Source: Candidatus Omnitrophota bacterium (GTDB taxonomy: Bacteria; Omnitrophota; Omnitrophia; Omnitrophales; Aquincolibacteriaceae). Taken from it: 64,000 nt of DNA. The first letter of the stretch is position 1. The number at the start of each line of letters is the position of its first letter. A model generated the notes under the pieces. It did no database searches, was not told where the DNA came from, and saw nothing but the letters and a program-made list of their open reading frames with translations. Positions 47,901 to 53,200 of the stretch are shown here, in pieces. The DNA lies in assembly GCA_030698625.1 (NCBI GenBank), contig JAUYMS010000017.1:12962-76961 (forward strand), given 5' to 3'. Both the position numbers and the translations under genes were made by a program.

Positions 47901-48319
47901 TGAACCTGTTACGGGGTATTCGCAAAAAAGTCGCGGCTTTGCCCCGTATCATGAGTACCGCATCGCGCCTGGCCGAGAATGCCGGCGATGTCGGTAATGT
48001 GACCTTAGGAAATTTGCATCAGTTCATTAGCGTGGTGGGAACACCTGCGAATGGGATTGATCTCAGCCAAATGCGTTTGAGCCTCTTAAGCTGGCGCTTG
48101 GTGCACGAGCTTCAATTGATTACGGCCGCGCTAACGCTATCGCTTGCGACAGCAGGGATTCTTAGCGCGGATCAACTGGATTTGAACACCGTCCATAGCC
48201 TGGACAATTTGCATCGCGAAGGCTCAAGTCATGTCGCGACCATCTCTCCTCAGCAGGCATTACTTGAGGCCCTGCAACAACTTACGCAAATTGCCCAGAC
48301 CCTTGCCGCCGCTGCATAA
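21986..48319 (+). CDS. Giant multidomain protein 2 (8777 aa; 26.3 kb ORF)
   Basis: Uninterrupted ORF. The N-terminal 665 aa are paralogous to those of giant gene 1. There are 14 RSELR-type junctions, and many enzyme-domain signatures are listed separately. Confidence 0.9.
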   Translation: MSKNTSILYPWIKLIATVTVCLFTLNTVAWSAPTVPQANITLSAPFKSPEIKDLSLLERFTIPPHLGSIEAIHIPQDISERMASPTIIHIQDAHTSLEAQIKMKELIHYLHEKHNFDLILVEGGQGALDAERLDFFDNPALNQKVATDLAQKGEIGGAELYLLENREQGAEVVGVEDDRLYWENLAAFRRVLAGRDKSDDFLDNLKTSLGSLSSLYFSPELRDFTRDWLLIQDSTEKTIQRLGVLKKAALGHLQVDLDNAAEQKSWPYLVRFFKVRELERALDFKQAGMEKGHIVEWLATQKLDSYWAEGLQLLFDEGNQNPTDPNDVRKNPRPFLERFYQAVKPLGFNFDKYENFGRYLALVTLEREIDASAFFREIQNLTKKITVSLAHSDEAGRLVELLEDYQLCKKLFGLELTRSEFSAIQKSRDKYLPRAMADRALAFDNGRTKLTFNSLSDLDALFRLVLRFYEGTMQRDMAMIENAMSVMKSKKSNKAILVTGGFHSEGLRGLFEEKGFAYAQVAPRISELNSTVNYHDVMQGKIDDVLLQNSQLKSALYLIARSNVRPERAIRILRAAGFRPQDLLNIPAENILSDPRTRALPNGAQRDLALHFLRLQVALYQELKQAESVAAVLSGRTQRTADGFGSAEPRFARSVTGVVTQWVRSRSELRASLVATEMMLSDILPAGEVIDRVIIVADNSGTLTEHRKKPLEGEMLNALRAFLGEAGNALLVNSGDPFAMITTVSQEPLLTSLDAESASRMRLITDGGKTKLSVGAGGTIENKVTDPDWSRDVQIAYTRALIESFYDAVKKRHGPLKDMIGDIADSTLEDFRAELLGKLRDEDELGRWGIPSSGEQVYEFSIVTDALREKIGDVFVYEAGSKVTLEMESARDAYSLALIQDIEAGFRARHVTGDGSLYVASGDWFVDITATTKALAVKKTLEDIFSEIGPEENVVIFIIGDGGNDLDTLNLDLSGRAHTAVIPVFLQHDEIYGEALPAHAWVSRETKMDGGLEVVRYALGLVGKKVSETAALPLLKWQRSEPRADEATEAIDLKDKTVLLLPGGGSLVEKMGKVLYEEDETYRKVMDDAAKILGYNLAEKIFTLSEKELENPIYDEPAIVLTLYALYASVEAALGYPPEEGAIYGLSRGAITAAMIAGSLSFEDGVRLAQRYGEALSKTPAGAMIQVMGLPGETVEGIAADLDLDIGVDLGETPAMGHVLTISGPAEVIKEAARRVEAAKTVEHPHVQVVQLANGGVASHSRVIQEAVDDIENFIKTLEVRKPYVPLVSNIDGSFLTTAAQVENELSQHLANRIRFPAVQETLKAAGANRFMELGTRRKGVLSRFLYKTDPRPEYVDAPAAGDATNWERFVAKFKTPAMPERLVTKLRSVNQEGADNLKVSDENEEYRRHWIRTNQLIRQGLEEAGDGGTVLLFGLGNGNEFAERYKREDPDFLTLADLARRVDRIVVFEADPESAQRTIASIGDPALEAKFTLELGDVTRLGAAFARKAGKVIQTSSRDDVIEDLTEMISQIRIPVMDYSEYEASLVLAPTVLSQIFLHTRRALYEMLDEQFGDFGGVNLSGPEDEKLPLAVAMSMLEGDIHLAFLRSLRRGVTDDGRAVISWTKDRVQGVTSEDGVFTVKHTEYLLFSNYIRDVMELFEGEFAAWHWMLISDFQSPTGMSVGFNVQGALLSPKAVDMNSLSKPGAFLPLVSTKKTKQAMAAGKKRDPNEPLPHGAEWRFERVREPADSRKYLRLAEKAQRLSRVYSADASSTVAFYFISRSLREFEERGEQAWEIFDHTGRTVGLSVLSKPRSDTLSAELRSLIAAGGELAERETAIIPEYQRRGIGAGIGIETLRYLQDHADEGIRFLHSRIDYGHESSFRFLHRAAQELGLPIRLVPGPAGETGAHHLLVDLYPTEDRSDEIKTIIKEFAGLSANIDKAWEQLQKLEQTERSELRATPIHDERLGERAYIKESQTARLQGSDRFPAGYRSLFIGNGSDPYPVEEARLGAVSDAIDTRYGDEIMAGTEKVFREAADRFSIPMVGEQPVLRFLRGDINDRTESETQAQTIARLLGLPSAEDALDHISVLDFFIDPGDAGPTGSFDFLLRNAMQAQLLQRGVQGIVEDSVRAEPAINLFKALLELVKPGGTIEFSEEPLVPEGRLPVTAFSVFETLLKDSGYQEGRDYRREIVGTTNIEHNGIALYTILNKPELGPAQIDVQFAGRIERWGAERGSDEDMASAIHDFFLGGSEDTLAVAEQLFGEAIRMRDIEKIEARHFAHDPVLHMFDAKMTLKDGNSRDFSLILPVEVGDEESDFVRGFRNVEEMQRRGFTNTIKLLRLGRGQIAARHPQMNGKPLAIAAVEDLGGFAILQPRYYARADFSVRGLDNSNRVLREVKVFEEPLPVQHAILSEVGKYMTLLTGHEPDSDEISYVSVNFGLRDVLTRIYRGHDFDIKTLLVRGIADNRKPENFLDYLMGGRFVLLDGRALFPVEPLLRGIAMGLIEKFGKQDGSRYFKDWMQRYREVLSNRAEALRAWQSKLYDGGANPRDFLDADLVSWLEMQIEDAKKDEDLAVFYPWGTEKFETYLETGKRDSDGTIVKFPAAILKVTERVLAAVEALPKTQSEIQAFAAERPEIRFAGPVDQLPERSELRADDPWHETQLAYLMQQSDEAYRDAKIGELVEAGQFTRSTRDATVPAASRVLEQQKSETAPIGYFSSLLRLAGGDEVGASFEARFGTEGSVTVDEVFHYFLEQIDTITHEDGTSIVNDSLLDTNESKKRLLNEIYPVILFSFAGITRKHVTIPYIFHLLGVALLTVQTLAESNITHTQPRNEREAWVMDMLIASLYHDLIEDTAFSPFNLEKFTSRKARLRIEALTKLDVLENIEGIPAEPLAKLKKRIEKINYTELKKGPKTLVIKFADRMYNLADAFVTANFLRGTDEAVFATAEAFRIKYVTQTTGEDGFLANLVYGENLPTGEPWFIDVANFFVARINEITGESNPQLARESEAAQAGEWIDLLDRDYERARQTLMSMEADERDRVRLDAIEALRNEIARMHRGTIHLEPVTALTQDLKGDYTVRRLTSLREDLVVKDFDHAETPGYEGDYLRESRHISQLVARRGTEEYLMRLKLFWLQTLPEDFSIVHVASGVNYIPSYLFPYTAVTLMTVNASAANFIMSSVTGIDDSAWNLNLIKNLDYSDGIDALDIPKLRGAIDSSPQAKPSQRVFFFSNFEPWARNSWTFFENQRTRYRTKEPPADLAETWAREADEGLIREGDTLIFSGDGDSAIMEALIARGFVELRYPAGVQESLLAADAGDYSVNYIDDQYIEWARTFRVLQKPYSDAAATETDPISSAQWVKSDRSELREDTAVDTAVKVGAVVVGTAAAGTAGYYLLRKKGDGSGKPEPIRVEARQVGRREFMQTSTAVMASMSPAAKLFLGQAAAETAVETVAGTFNAQTEMMFAIARAINGIARVEDGSSSGAPLVTDILPWHLENNPDLMPDQVEALREKILVAQDHVSKSVSKQIFARASRIQLPEGISNSTELDEFVRKFLLPLTRTLGNEVGTIVKGLKTRAFAQMALRKAAETAKPAGLKDYNAEKAAKAEQGQQYADYAKDEAARIFRIETALEDKRRRFSAEYDRLQAELKIVRDEAAEPLIGSDLGGDQDKHYARSLLPILAAEAKALAAKLGELRTLIGISRKRQKAEMWYDTELGNLANSFGRKIDTYLQGFRRSGEADPKPALQIITDFLREIGREDLLSTLELYQYDNPQIKDNKMWAVIVDGHQTLAFLQLSGTYHVSLLNDPVYYGKTTEKGFEARGNGAQRGARLFLRYFAPRSLYPEETQGDVSVVKLPDGRTIEILRDPQLLGRYLSLTVKDADGNEISHSVETLHTVVELGAPEPRTKYEFTRRDGKYVLLPARSELRSQGAFTFYEKDEPILHVQINVSPGGDSADFNLAAIESALLGLMKTKRALIKSADPKPELLWQISKAGPNLAIGDENRTIYPIAVEGARPSLLLKIKDPGNASNIIATAYIHEVSGEIVSDSFAKEREIAREAVARLDRRTKKIERVLIVDDESNRRAVVRRVLRDANKSSEETEYGEAENGRDAVNVFRHSTYDLVITDMDMPNGNGDEFIREIRRTAGPKVPVILLSGSQWAHEQVRKKLGPNAISLAKKGSGYNANLVLQFVIEELQNQVRRSELRLSIGEIEQFLKTKQEGLIAGYAQHFVDDIASLSDEDIQQGIRDFSLDEEVYGRPALDAEQLEDRTPEGRYAIVTEALFRYLRAHQGRVANYAIELARMVSDKFPDEFNYNDEEARKLFRVSVLAHDIGKVKVKPSILLFSKGLLKGDDLETMRSHAALGADIARDYLNEIGVDPEVRDSVVNVVNFHHEDWNGEGYPQRLKGKDIPFLARLVRIVDTMEAMRPLIPRFHSYKSSTVAQVMGLLETGKEKYFDPSLVDILLDGIREDKATARRFAGLLLTDLETLDDALGIERSELRSSTETADDDFEQQLADVAEIVQNLVRGTGEASKSAVSIVMSLAESGYFHPHQSWLQRRRPLQGSQLEAQRRRIKLSFTDAPYPGHTPENAFFSLTITGIPNNERLRNLAAALKEAHIVSATSSLDLLVILEALVKQLPSSNFDAEKLQQLAARVQAVNEESGTLGLSQVLLALRELTKNHFFHRRGFNDVMRAIDVLESIAADERREQLFSLFYYLNKEEFFLERGWSLARISRGLVLIVSKIPVVNFILGLFLQWLWMRAEWLVSFFLAEKQSVSRLEWAGLAASSEDLQEITSAWAKLSLSVENRGISRRFYLNAHLLRQLGPKGARAALPSWMSRLEVWEKDHAREFLSEAFLSGPVDQPDAASPQPSSSRALSTMINTRLSDSFLNLGPGMPGDRKIGVYYGYLLNHILAQSIVDTDKDPAHLKQMAFELAALLIADKKVMPWVVIAVLDELELFEAKQEIVTVVGTAAAIAAHHGADFKEELYSKFLTHSIPRIALESPELPMEFSALQRAVAGILGFYQDERYALDLIKVTGRYLSDEGRPDVIADRIAELDAVESIHFETPRIRKQVIDKLARVHTRAQGSRFFVSDEVQQRRQEVLENLRAEKQPARIVTAGLLAEFEEYISTVASEDEIGLVKSLNRYGHLLHRNRRGAVPFGALGVLGTPGSRWHDEFPAVKLTNTSLDEVDIYEGYDGPNWLMGEGFSSRAAYRAVQEKIRDAVNAGRIDYANAAAVMNAQAKRIERSELRLPGEKVAVIGGAGFVGATEASMLSARFGHDVTGVDIKDESVKSLNGGTLVNYAPGLEEILQEGLNTNRLRFTTHLEQAIKDREFIFLALPTPYKEDTGEADISFLENAVRDIVRLAEPGKRKIIIGKSTAPPATAKRLKEIIAEELPEGAEVHLAWIPEFLREGMEVEDALGGSGRMVIGADSPEIAERVASLYAPERINPKYPTRNPNRPGEPIPIVKMGIESAMLVKYAANGFRATKISFINLISWFTEELGFKIGDISAAIGEDPRILKPFLQAGCGWGGSCFPKDSLSFLRQVVDAGIPYGLMLDTFAVNEIQWRTFVHRIDEQLSGVKDKTVVILGGSFKPGTSDVREARSILIIKELLSRGARVRVFDPVAIPFLKKEFPGEAGIEYFEVSEDGLEAADYESMKGADAVALVTAWETFKSLDFEHLRDVTFSGRALPTIFDGFNGWNPETLGGLGFSYTGISHNKFDSDLVGEATVDNQEEFVELTKQLFLALRVSYTNMLAEMAEAAGADIREVLTGIGFDPVIGPEHLKPGLGFGGLHLSRALERFESMAVALNFRAFYSAEYVTRRHQIQDHFGFGKNGMGDSPDRIPFVSAIREENERSIRLHVDMIREAAGGDLTGKKIAVLGLAYKPGTNVIDNAPSVKLINTLLEAGAIIQATDEDEQVIAKIKQEFRQVESGRLQFFADARDAVQKSQVQVLVTEWPRYRDWNDFVFEAAQVNFVDGRHFYDPAEFKNSGINYYAIGVPRGDRDRSELRSEEGLASTVFKMLESFDKPFKDNRKAITDYIRPLGREQKIEAFNLLVDVLVDATAKGRARELAGRVLPKVIEDLGRDDKVDNVAVILPALRKVIATIDQIVKGMRPKTREEGIFVWYAMDFVETVEDYASGKNIQHVVDKALGNKLKNIEGELGTIFWIREVDSPWWRFEGQTEDLGYLHISARHHAKELKRVAKRIKRPAEDTEERETPEELWARAVRAYEGMGLLRQQALILWQLESRDMTAENPHQYEIEDKIHEIARLAAESRPVFEGITADLRKTYTKPWPKRDPKKKTLFPGLSALPSEQVALEADERMIEKPNGMKQELANQIFGLFAKMKRHSKEIARWGAITTGIINKIQEGSSEDQGVAIKELREIIRERAYPELEELSRLSAEIMMTIGWLGTTTEEDHAAEINAAQDLGRQIREALRSDPDDDGKDTEVREYLNSEEFREMEPNDRLGAVIDQLRNNGLNLDGENMNDIYNKLPLQLGDYVSRDDITTYDMEASIYRKIREAVADPQIQRFLLAEDFMKLDPLERLPALIAEIRQARLPLDAENVMQIRQALPRVLADHTEVTRPISDDGELGEEYEKRTQIFKQDIPALDLPFNVFVQMRDLVEMSEVQSYLDSPEFRAVPAERKLATFVAKLQDGETGMNFILETDDLELIHRALPEDLSNKTKKTEMPLPVAEDAEAETAGYLGWVRPFLDFLRKLFRAAVEYFPNRIQLGRDRKAVEQATRVAFETRAIHEESRKYYLDIFEEIEKLRKATGRNTFPIAAEDTYGLSPEPASPPAVDPSGTGRSELRSDFEVARAATQDQLKELLGQHFAIEVLDDALTDRLSPDIFTFWYALIKAAHLDKSALRRVIFTLWDRAHEKTLVYEGKEIELTETDKLLYHSQGGYHKDTSSVIVNTSGTMPLAMIVAHEIGEAIVKVYGFRYYLPESQHEYLVHYVLKSLLKEVDPKYIQEYDDATSGSLGKVGYDVSRSRVSMIESVGNAILKNAKFAKAKKRAGFLPELERFEEDVPWSALRDKDPAARSKTYFKEGDRVVIDVRGREGPYIGSGVLAVKGVISSVNRDGQSVYVNLVTDSGEIQNSVFGTNIGDAKLWKWDEGKEPFVPEGGELRKEEYTSVLELPAAIAKALWDDASFLTVGELRNALGMGLLHLIPGIDYEAIRTIREKLASVRSELRAEYDAYIVSGAERALRPAGEVSRKGANLLTMASLGLPVPDFVIVTTDLAKDRGGNIDFDELAAALTAQFEGKLGEDYRLRVRPAAIETMPGVLDTYAGIASGTDLAEALRRAYAQWEDPFTSAYRDEFGIPHDSGIAITVQVEINVSGTPKSAAGAFHTRDPKSGEDRLTGTYYIGAPGEKTMSGSEDPAFRTVEDHLQTDFPDLHTKLVEIKGILEKHYGYPQIVEFIIEDGKIHLLQTDHMDLDEAGIGERVMDDMFRQKLTSIKRITAARKAREALKVAIRAVREDAKKETVPGFALSRGAAVGVLAFSLEAAERYRADGKQVILLVPERNRAVWTAMIQKKLDGLLLLFGNYNMHEARIARRIALPAVSSLEDREFDGASFRVGNISLKEGDRIAIDGNTGKIVLPQGRHVLETVAETAVETASEVDPEEVAQKTREAFGALSYQQLVVLHSVLAANVSYEDLTHSGAADDAIALETALDEIHILVTKAGTVLGRTELEIGRELQTVRNTYWQHVEAREIPEAIRFTTQDELIANGIAKTGLILAPVRGLRIESIDKLKGFGKDLVLRSADLNLPIEFTATLAGDLTALEATPDLLAIGMAIEIEAEYINLIGEEAIASFFFEKEKVKKTQLVNVTVTVEDAASGRVKIRGEFPFEQYMPVFTAQIRILTAAGDKWYSEWRDDDRGDLVGIHWEKPSTVRRERIEQLIRAKEFKAASADSDRLKQERAYELVREALNNTTFSYGMGSGYSNRLDGILEELGEEGHRWRLNYQFLGNYASEVTIASEVQKPSRMHFDDSEAYAQMLNEMFGAELKTRAGSWSENSKRAGDPIHAWSYHYMNVLPVDDAIAKRLAEGLVELQDTIDVLGLTRYQDKDALNYLDAEALVIALYLKHQGRLQPHRSELRSEQEDLTEQDLSALLRPWIVHFDPDAGYTAFTRNKDGKIYEIVLWVSTPKDEAGKRHRYLRTPIHIIQGLYPQYKLDGDIQTDKVSVGGGKRRFYVSLKFEEEEKAAEADEWALDLQINDRPFRRKKPAAVWKLEFWTQPLVVVLAVAGFLIMPVLIVLSFFGTRPSEEGENAKSRRDTSGGTITVPGSAVPAEPEAKLKPPAAPARQLVNLYPSKENEIANLRLPVKYENNSVVLTQGTGFVEWRTPLSGADIHPDSGYKYMTIFIDADVPYGLFLELKNSTAERLAGHDPLDPSGLVKLYIGGDETARAQGYVTIRLQGKHVANLTDYFVSAIAVSDVMVGEGKSVTIRGYRFHDTPSPNTAADSRGRSELRTVSARPALSTERVDQVAQVALARDLLFGILAVRVAAELAANIYKKLLIEMNVLEPEVVSVLSDDLRKALSIPVDPRERNGFGVSVVQADQFDAVGYYAADILLREYPNKLQIVITSMTEAEIDRLEGSLKEPLTGRLFLVPASEDYSTTLLNLLRGIRKKVAALPRIMSTASRLAENAGDVGNVTLGNLHQFISVVGTPANGIDLSQMRLSLLSWRLVHELQLITAALTLSLATAGILSADQLDLNTVHSLDNLHREGSSHVATISPQQALLEALQQLTQIAQTLAAAA
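24050..24960 (+). other. HAD-like hydrolase domain
   Basis: RVIIVADNSGTLTE (motif-I-like, about 24062-24100) and IFIIGDGGNDLDTLNL (the GDGxND motif, about 24845-24900). Confidence 0.45.
25150..26000 (+). other. FabD-like acyltransferase (malonyl-CoA:ACP transacylase fold)
   Basis: LLLPGGGS (resembling LFPGQGSQ), the active-site GLSRGAITAAMIAGSLSFEDGVRLAQRYGEAL (a GxSxG nucleophile elbow), and a downstream VQLANGGVASHS (His of the dyad). Confidence 0.55.
27300..27690 (+). other. GNAT N-acetyltransferase domain
   Basis: Motif A IIPEYQRRGIGAGIGIETLRYL at 27501-27566, with flanking beta-strand pattern. Confidence 0.55.
30380..30830 (+). other. RelA/SpoT-type HD hydrolase domain ((p)ppGpp-hydrolase-like)
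   Basis: HLLGVALLT at about 30410, LYHDLIEDT at about 30521-30550, and IKFADRMYNL at about 30741-30775 (like ADRLHNM). Confidence 0.5.
34200..34560 (+). other. Response-regulator receiver (CheY-like) domain
   Basis: VLIVDDESNRRAVVRRVL... with the phospho-acceptor context DLVITDMDMPNGNGDEFIREIRR, then PVILLSGS. Confidence 0.7.
34880..35400 (+). other. HD-GYP phosphodiesterase domain
   Basis: VLAHDIGKV (HD), FHHEDWNGEGYPQRLKG (HHExxDGxGYP), and ARLVRIVDTMEAM. Confidence 0.7.
37751..39760 (+). other. UDP-glucose/GDP-mannose 6-dehydrogenase family domain with an extra duplicated C-terminal UDP-binding subdomain
   Basis: Rossmann KVAVIGGAGFVGATEAS starts 5 aa after RSELR. Catalytic GCGWGGSCFPKD at about 38582-38618. 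C-terminal domains VILGGSFKPGTSDVREARS (about 38760) and IAVLGLAYKPGTNVIDNAPS (about 39640). Confidence 0.75.
43601..44830 (+). other. Pyruvate-phosphate-dikinase/PEP-synthase-like nucleotide-binding + phosphohistidine domains
   Basis: SRKGANLLTMASLGLPVPDFVIV (like GGKGANLAEMASIGLPVP), VEFIIEDGKIHLLQTDH (like VEFTIE-GKL-LQTR), GNYNMHEARIARRIALPAV (like GGxTSHAAVVAR), and LKEGDRIAIDGNTGKI. Confidence 0.6.
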
Positions 48320-48510
48320 GCGATAGCAATTTATAACAGGGCCCAGTTTATTATCACTTGCTGTCATCCCCCCTATTCTATTAGGCCAGGGCATAATTCC
48401 ACTAAGTCGTTGGGTTGAAAACGGTTAGTTCATGTGCGAACCTTTCTCGATCTTCACATCAAACCAAAATTCCGTCTTACAACGTCAAAGGACTGGGGGG
48501 TTTTTCGACG
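48320..48510 (+). promoter_or_regulatory. Intergenic region between giant genes 2 and 3 (no terminator hairpin seen; SD-like AAAGGACTGGGGGG at 48487-48500)
   Basis: Moderately AT-rich 190 bp. It shares an AAGGA(A)CTGGG element with the region upstream of gene 2. Confidence 0.3.
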
Positions 48511-50253
48511 GTGCAGAAGGACTATAGTTATTTCCAGAGAGTGGTTGCGCTCGTCACGGCGCTTGTCTTCTTTACGACAAGCGTGGTCGAGTGGAGCTAT
48601 GCCTCTGCGGCCCCTACTCCCGAGACCCATCTTCAATTCATTTCCGAGCTCGGCATCCCTGCCGATATTGCGACTGTCCGCGATAGCTTCGGTGACTTCT
48701 CCGAAAAGGGGGATCATGTCTTCGTCATCGAAGACGCGCATACCAACTATGATGCCCAGACCAATACCAAAGCCCTTTTAGAATACCTGCAGACGAAACT
48801 CAATATTCACCACGCCTATGTTGAGGGCGCAGCAGCACCGCTTGCACCTGAGCGCATCCGCTTTTACGAAGACGAGGCCACCAATGTGCGGCTCGCCGGG
48901 GAATTGGCAAAAAAAGGCGAAGTCACGGGCATTGAACTTTTTCTGCTTGAGCATGGAAATCATTTCCAGGCTAACGGTGTTGAAGACCTCGGCATGTACG
49001 CCGAAAACCTGGCACTTTACCGCCGTGTCCTTGGGGCAAAGGCCGAATCCGTAGAGCTTTTGAAAATCCTGCGATCGCAAACGGAGCGCATCATCAGCCG
49101 TCTTTTTGGCGCCCGGCTGCGCGAGATCGTCAGGCAGTGGATGGCCTTTCGTGAGCAGCGCATGGATCTCGACCAGTGGATACCCGAGCTCGAACGCGCG
49201 GCGCGGGATTTAGTGCATGTTGATTTTGAAGATCCTATGGCACAGCTCAAGTGGCCGCAGCTGGTCCGGCTCTATCGGCTGAAGCAATTGGAGCAGGATA
49301 TTGACACGGAGAAAATGGAGCAGGAACTCATCCGCGTCGAGGTCTTGATGAAAGCCGCCGGTCAGGAAGGGCTTGCGCAGGAATTTAGACAGCTGCTGAC
49401 CGTCGAGGGCGAACCGGAGTTACGCTTACGGCGTGCCATGGAAGATCTTTACCGGCGCATGCAACCCCTGGGATTTTCTTTCAACGCCTACCCCGCGCTC
49501 CGGAATTTTACCGCGGTCACTATTTTCCGCCGAGAGATGAACGCCCTCGAGATGATGACGGAACTGGAACGGCTCGTCGATACTCTCATGGAAACACTTG
49601 CCGTAACGGATGCTGAAAAGGAATTCCTGCCGTTCATCAAACGTCTTTACCTTCTCGAGAACGCCCTCACACTGACGCTTACGCGTGAGCAGTGGGATCA
49701 GCTGGGTGACGAAGTCCGTCCCGAGGCCCTGCTCGACGAATTGTCTCGGCACAGCAGAAACCTGGCCATCGAGGGACTTGATGAAGAATCCTTGAACAAA
49801 CGGTATGCACGCGTCTTTAATCTGACGGAGTCGGTCAAACGTTTCTATGAGACGGCGCGCGCGCGTGAAAGAGTTCTGGTTAAAAACACCCTTGCCGGGA
49901 TGAAAAGCGAGGGGATTAACAACGCAGTCATGATTGCCGGGGGGTTTCACACCGACGGCATTGCCGCGCTTCTTCGCGAGGCCGGAGTGTCGCACCTCGT
50001 CCTCAGCCCGAATATTCGCAATATCAAGGATGATGAGCAGGACTACTACTGCATGATGACGGGGCGCTGTGATACGGCGGTGCCCGTGCTGCATACCGGA
50101 TTAAATAGTGCGGCGATTCATCGCGAATCGGCCGGCCTGCGGGCTTACCGCTATCGACTTAGGCGCATCGTGGAGACCATAGTGGGATTAGGAATCGGCT
50201 CGCTTGAAGACGACCGGGAACGCGTTTTGCGCTCTTTCGGACTCCTGGCCGAC
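48511..50253 (+). other. Shared N-terminal module (copy 3)
   Basis: VFVIEDAHT (48714-48743), GIELFLLEH, WPQLVRLYRL (about 49250), IAGGFHTDGI (about 49927-49965). Ends at RSELR 50254-50268. Confidence 0.6.
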
Positions 50254-53200
50254 CGTTCGGAACTGCGGGATCAACCCGTACCTACCGATGCCGTTGAAGA
50301 CCACCTTATTAAACCTGTCCTGAATCGCCTGCAGGCCTCGCATCCGGATGTGGCCGCGAACCTAAAATTGAATATTACTTTTGAAGGAGAAGCGAATATT
50401 TTTTGGGCAAAAAACATGACGAAGCCGGTTGCGATTTACAGTGAGGTCCTCGATATTGGCCCGAGGACCGCCTCGCTCGCCATTGATAGCCGCCTGAGGA
50501 GTGCTTTTATCGAGGCGAGCAACAGCGGAAATCCTCTCTTTGCAGCTGCAGCTGAGGATGCCCTGCTACTGCTCGTGTTGAGAGAAGCGATCGCCTTAAA
50601 CAGTCCCCACGTATCGGATACCCTCAACTTGCCTGTGGCGATCGCTTTCACTTCCTTTCTCGAACAAAGTATGAGCTTTAAAGAATTGAGCAGCCGGCTG
50701 GCTTTAGAACATGTGTCTGATTGGGAAGATTATTTCAAGCAAGTGATAGGAATTCTGGATGCGGCGGCCCCGGAGTTTCGTCTTGCGACTTTACATCGAT
50801 TGTGGATGGAGCAGGCAGCCGGACATCAGACACTGGGAGACATAGACGAGATCATTAACTTCGTCAGTAAAGAAGGCGGTGTCGACATGGGAAGCGATGT
50901 CGTCACGATGACGGTCTCAGAAGGCCTGGCAAGCGCTTCTGCGAACAGAAGGGCCGTGCTCGAATCGCGTAAAAGAATTCTGCTCAGAGAACTCGCGGCC
51001 ATGCAACAGGGGCCTGCGCGGTTCCGAGGAGTCGGTTCTCTGGTTCCGTGGGACCTTCCGGCCGAGGATGGGTATAACCTGGCCGGGGAACCCCAGGGCC
51101 TGTTTTCTCAGGACGGAAAGTATGTCGCCCTCGGTCTGCGCTATGAGCAAGGAGACTCGGGGCTTTCCGGCGTTAGCGATGGTGATCTGGTCACCGAAGG
51201 GGCGAGCAACGGCATCATGAACCAAGTGGTGCTTTACGGCGTTTTGCATGATGCACAAAGCCATATCGTAGACGATGTGCGGGAGTATCGAACGATTCCG
51301 GCGGAAGCACTAACGCGCTTTGCGGAGATCACCGGTCTTGTTATGTCATCTGACAATCAACTCTTGGTCGTCTCCGGTCCTGCGCGCGACGGGGGTAAGA
51401 CTCTCGTTTCCGTTTTTAATATCAGCGGAAAATTGCAACTCAAAGACGGTCAGGCGGTTGATGGTGAGGTCTACGATGAACTCAGAACTTTGGAATTCGA
51501 TGAGACGCCTGATTTTGTCGAGATCGCCGCCGATAACTATGCTCTCTTTGTCGGCCTCGGTAAAGAGCTCAGACGTTATGAATTTATCATGGACGAAGCC
51601 GAGATCAGCGGTTTGAAGGCACCGGTTATCGGTAAGACGGCAACCTATGAGGTTAAGGCGGCGGCGGAGATCCCCGAGGCCGTTCCGCTTCTCGCGCGGC
51701 TAAAATTCGTCGAGGGGAAGAGCCCGGAGCTTTCACTGCGGCACGACGGGAATGTGGCCGAAGCCATGATTCAAATGCTGAGTAGCATTCCGATTGCTGC
51801 GCTTTCGGACGGCAGTGCCGTGCTTGCTGTTTCTGCGAGCAAGGCGCTCATGATGGGACTTCAAGCAGAAACGGTCGGCTCCTTGGCTGTCGCGGAGGCG
51901 ATTCAGGCCCGGGTCCGGGTCATCGAAACCGAGATCGCGGCAATTGATGCGCCTCAGCGCTCGGAGCTCAGGACGGCGGATTTTGATCCCGAAAAGCACC
52001 CTGCGACGATCGAAATCACCTCCTATTACACCTCCCGCGATCATTTGCGTATGGCCTTGGCCATCGGAAATGCCGAGCTCTACACCCAAGCGCTCGGCGA
52101 GTCTATTCACTTTGCCAAAAAGGCTATGGATTTAATCGATCACCGCGGAGAAGTGCAAACCATTGTCAGTTACCTCAGGACCAAACAGGATGTGCCCTTT
52201 CAGCGCGACACAATCGGCGATACCTTTGAGATCACACGAGTGCAGGAAGACAAATTTTCCCGTGAGGAGCAGGAGATGATCGAAGTCGAAACCCAGAAAT
52301 TTCTCAAGGCCCTTGGGTTCCAAGGCAGTGTCGCCGAGGATCTGGCGCGCGAAATCATGCTTGTGAGTTATCCTTTGAGCCTCGCGAACATGATGCCCCC
52401 TACCATTGAGGGTGCGGAGTTTCAGCCGGAAATGACGCGTGAAATCGGCAAGAGTTTGCATCAATTTGTGTTTGCGGAATCCCTAACTTTGGGCGGCGCC
52501 GTCGTCGTTAACCCCTCCCTTGCCAAAGATATCACCATTCAGATTCTGCAAAAGAACGATCCGATTGCTTTCAAAGGGTCCTTTCTTCATGAGGTCGTCC
52601 ACTTTCTGGCGCTTAAGAATGCGCTTCCCTTCGATGTGAGCCGCGAGCTTGTGACGCAGGCAATCACGACCGCCGTTTTTCTTACGGAGGCGGGCAGCCT
52701 GGAGCCCATTCTTTCGCAGATCCCCGAAGACATGCAGGAGTGGCGAATTCTCTATGAAACCGTCGTGAGTTGGGGCGAGACCGCTGCCGAACAGGGGCAT
52801 CGCATCAAGCGGCCGGAAGAACTCGATTCGATGGTGCGTGATTTTATTGAAACCCGCGTCCCGGAGATCATGAATATGCCTTATGCGAAATACAATGACT
52901 TTGTCGATCGTTTGAGCGGTGTCTATCTGGGCGCTTTTGCCGCCAAGACGAAGGCCCTGGATCCTAAAACGAATCTTTATAAATTCATCGTCGACTACGG
53001 CATTCGCCACCTGCCGCGCGTGAGGAACAATGCGTTTACCCGCAGCCTGACGCAGCGCGACCACGCCTTTATTCAAGAAGTCATGAAAACGCTTTCGGCG
53101 GTTGCACAGGTTACGATTCCCGACGGCCGCATTACTTTCAAAGAGCAGTCGATGAAGGAAACGCAGGAAAGAGGGCTCGGCCGTATGGTCTATGATGCTG

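Noticed and set aside
48432-48781. ATG at 48432 and the listed ORF 48434..48781 as the start of the third giant gene
   Set aside because: Both are out of frame with the conserved N-terminal module. The frame carrying VFVIEDAHT and all downstream RSELR sites opens at 48406 and has its first plausible start at GTG 48511 (alternative TTG 48415). The ORF at 48434 is an overlapping-frame artefact.
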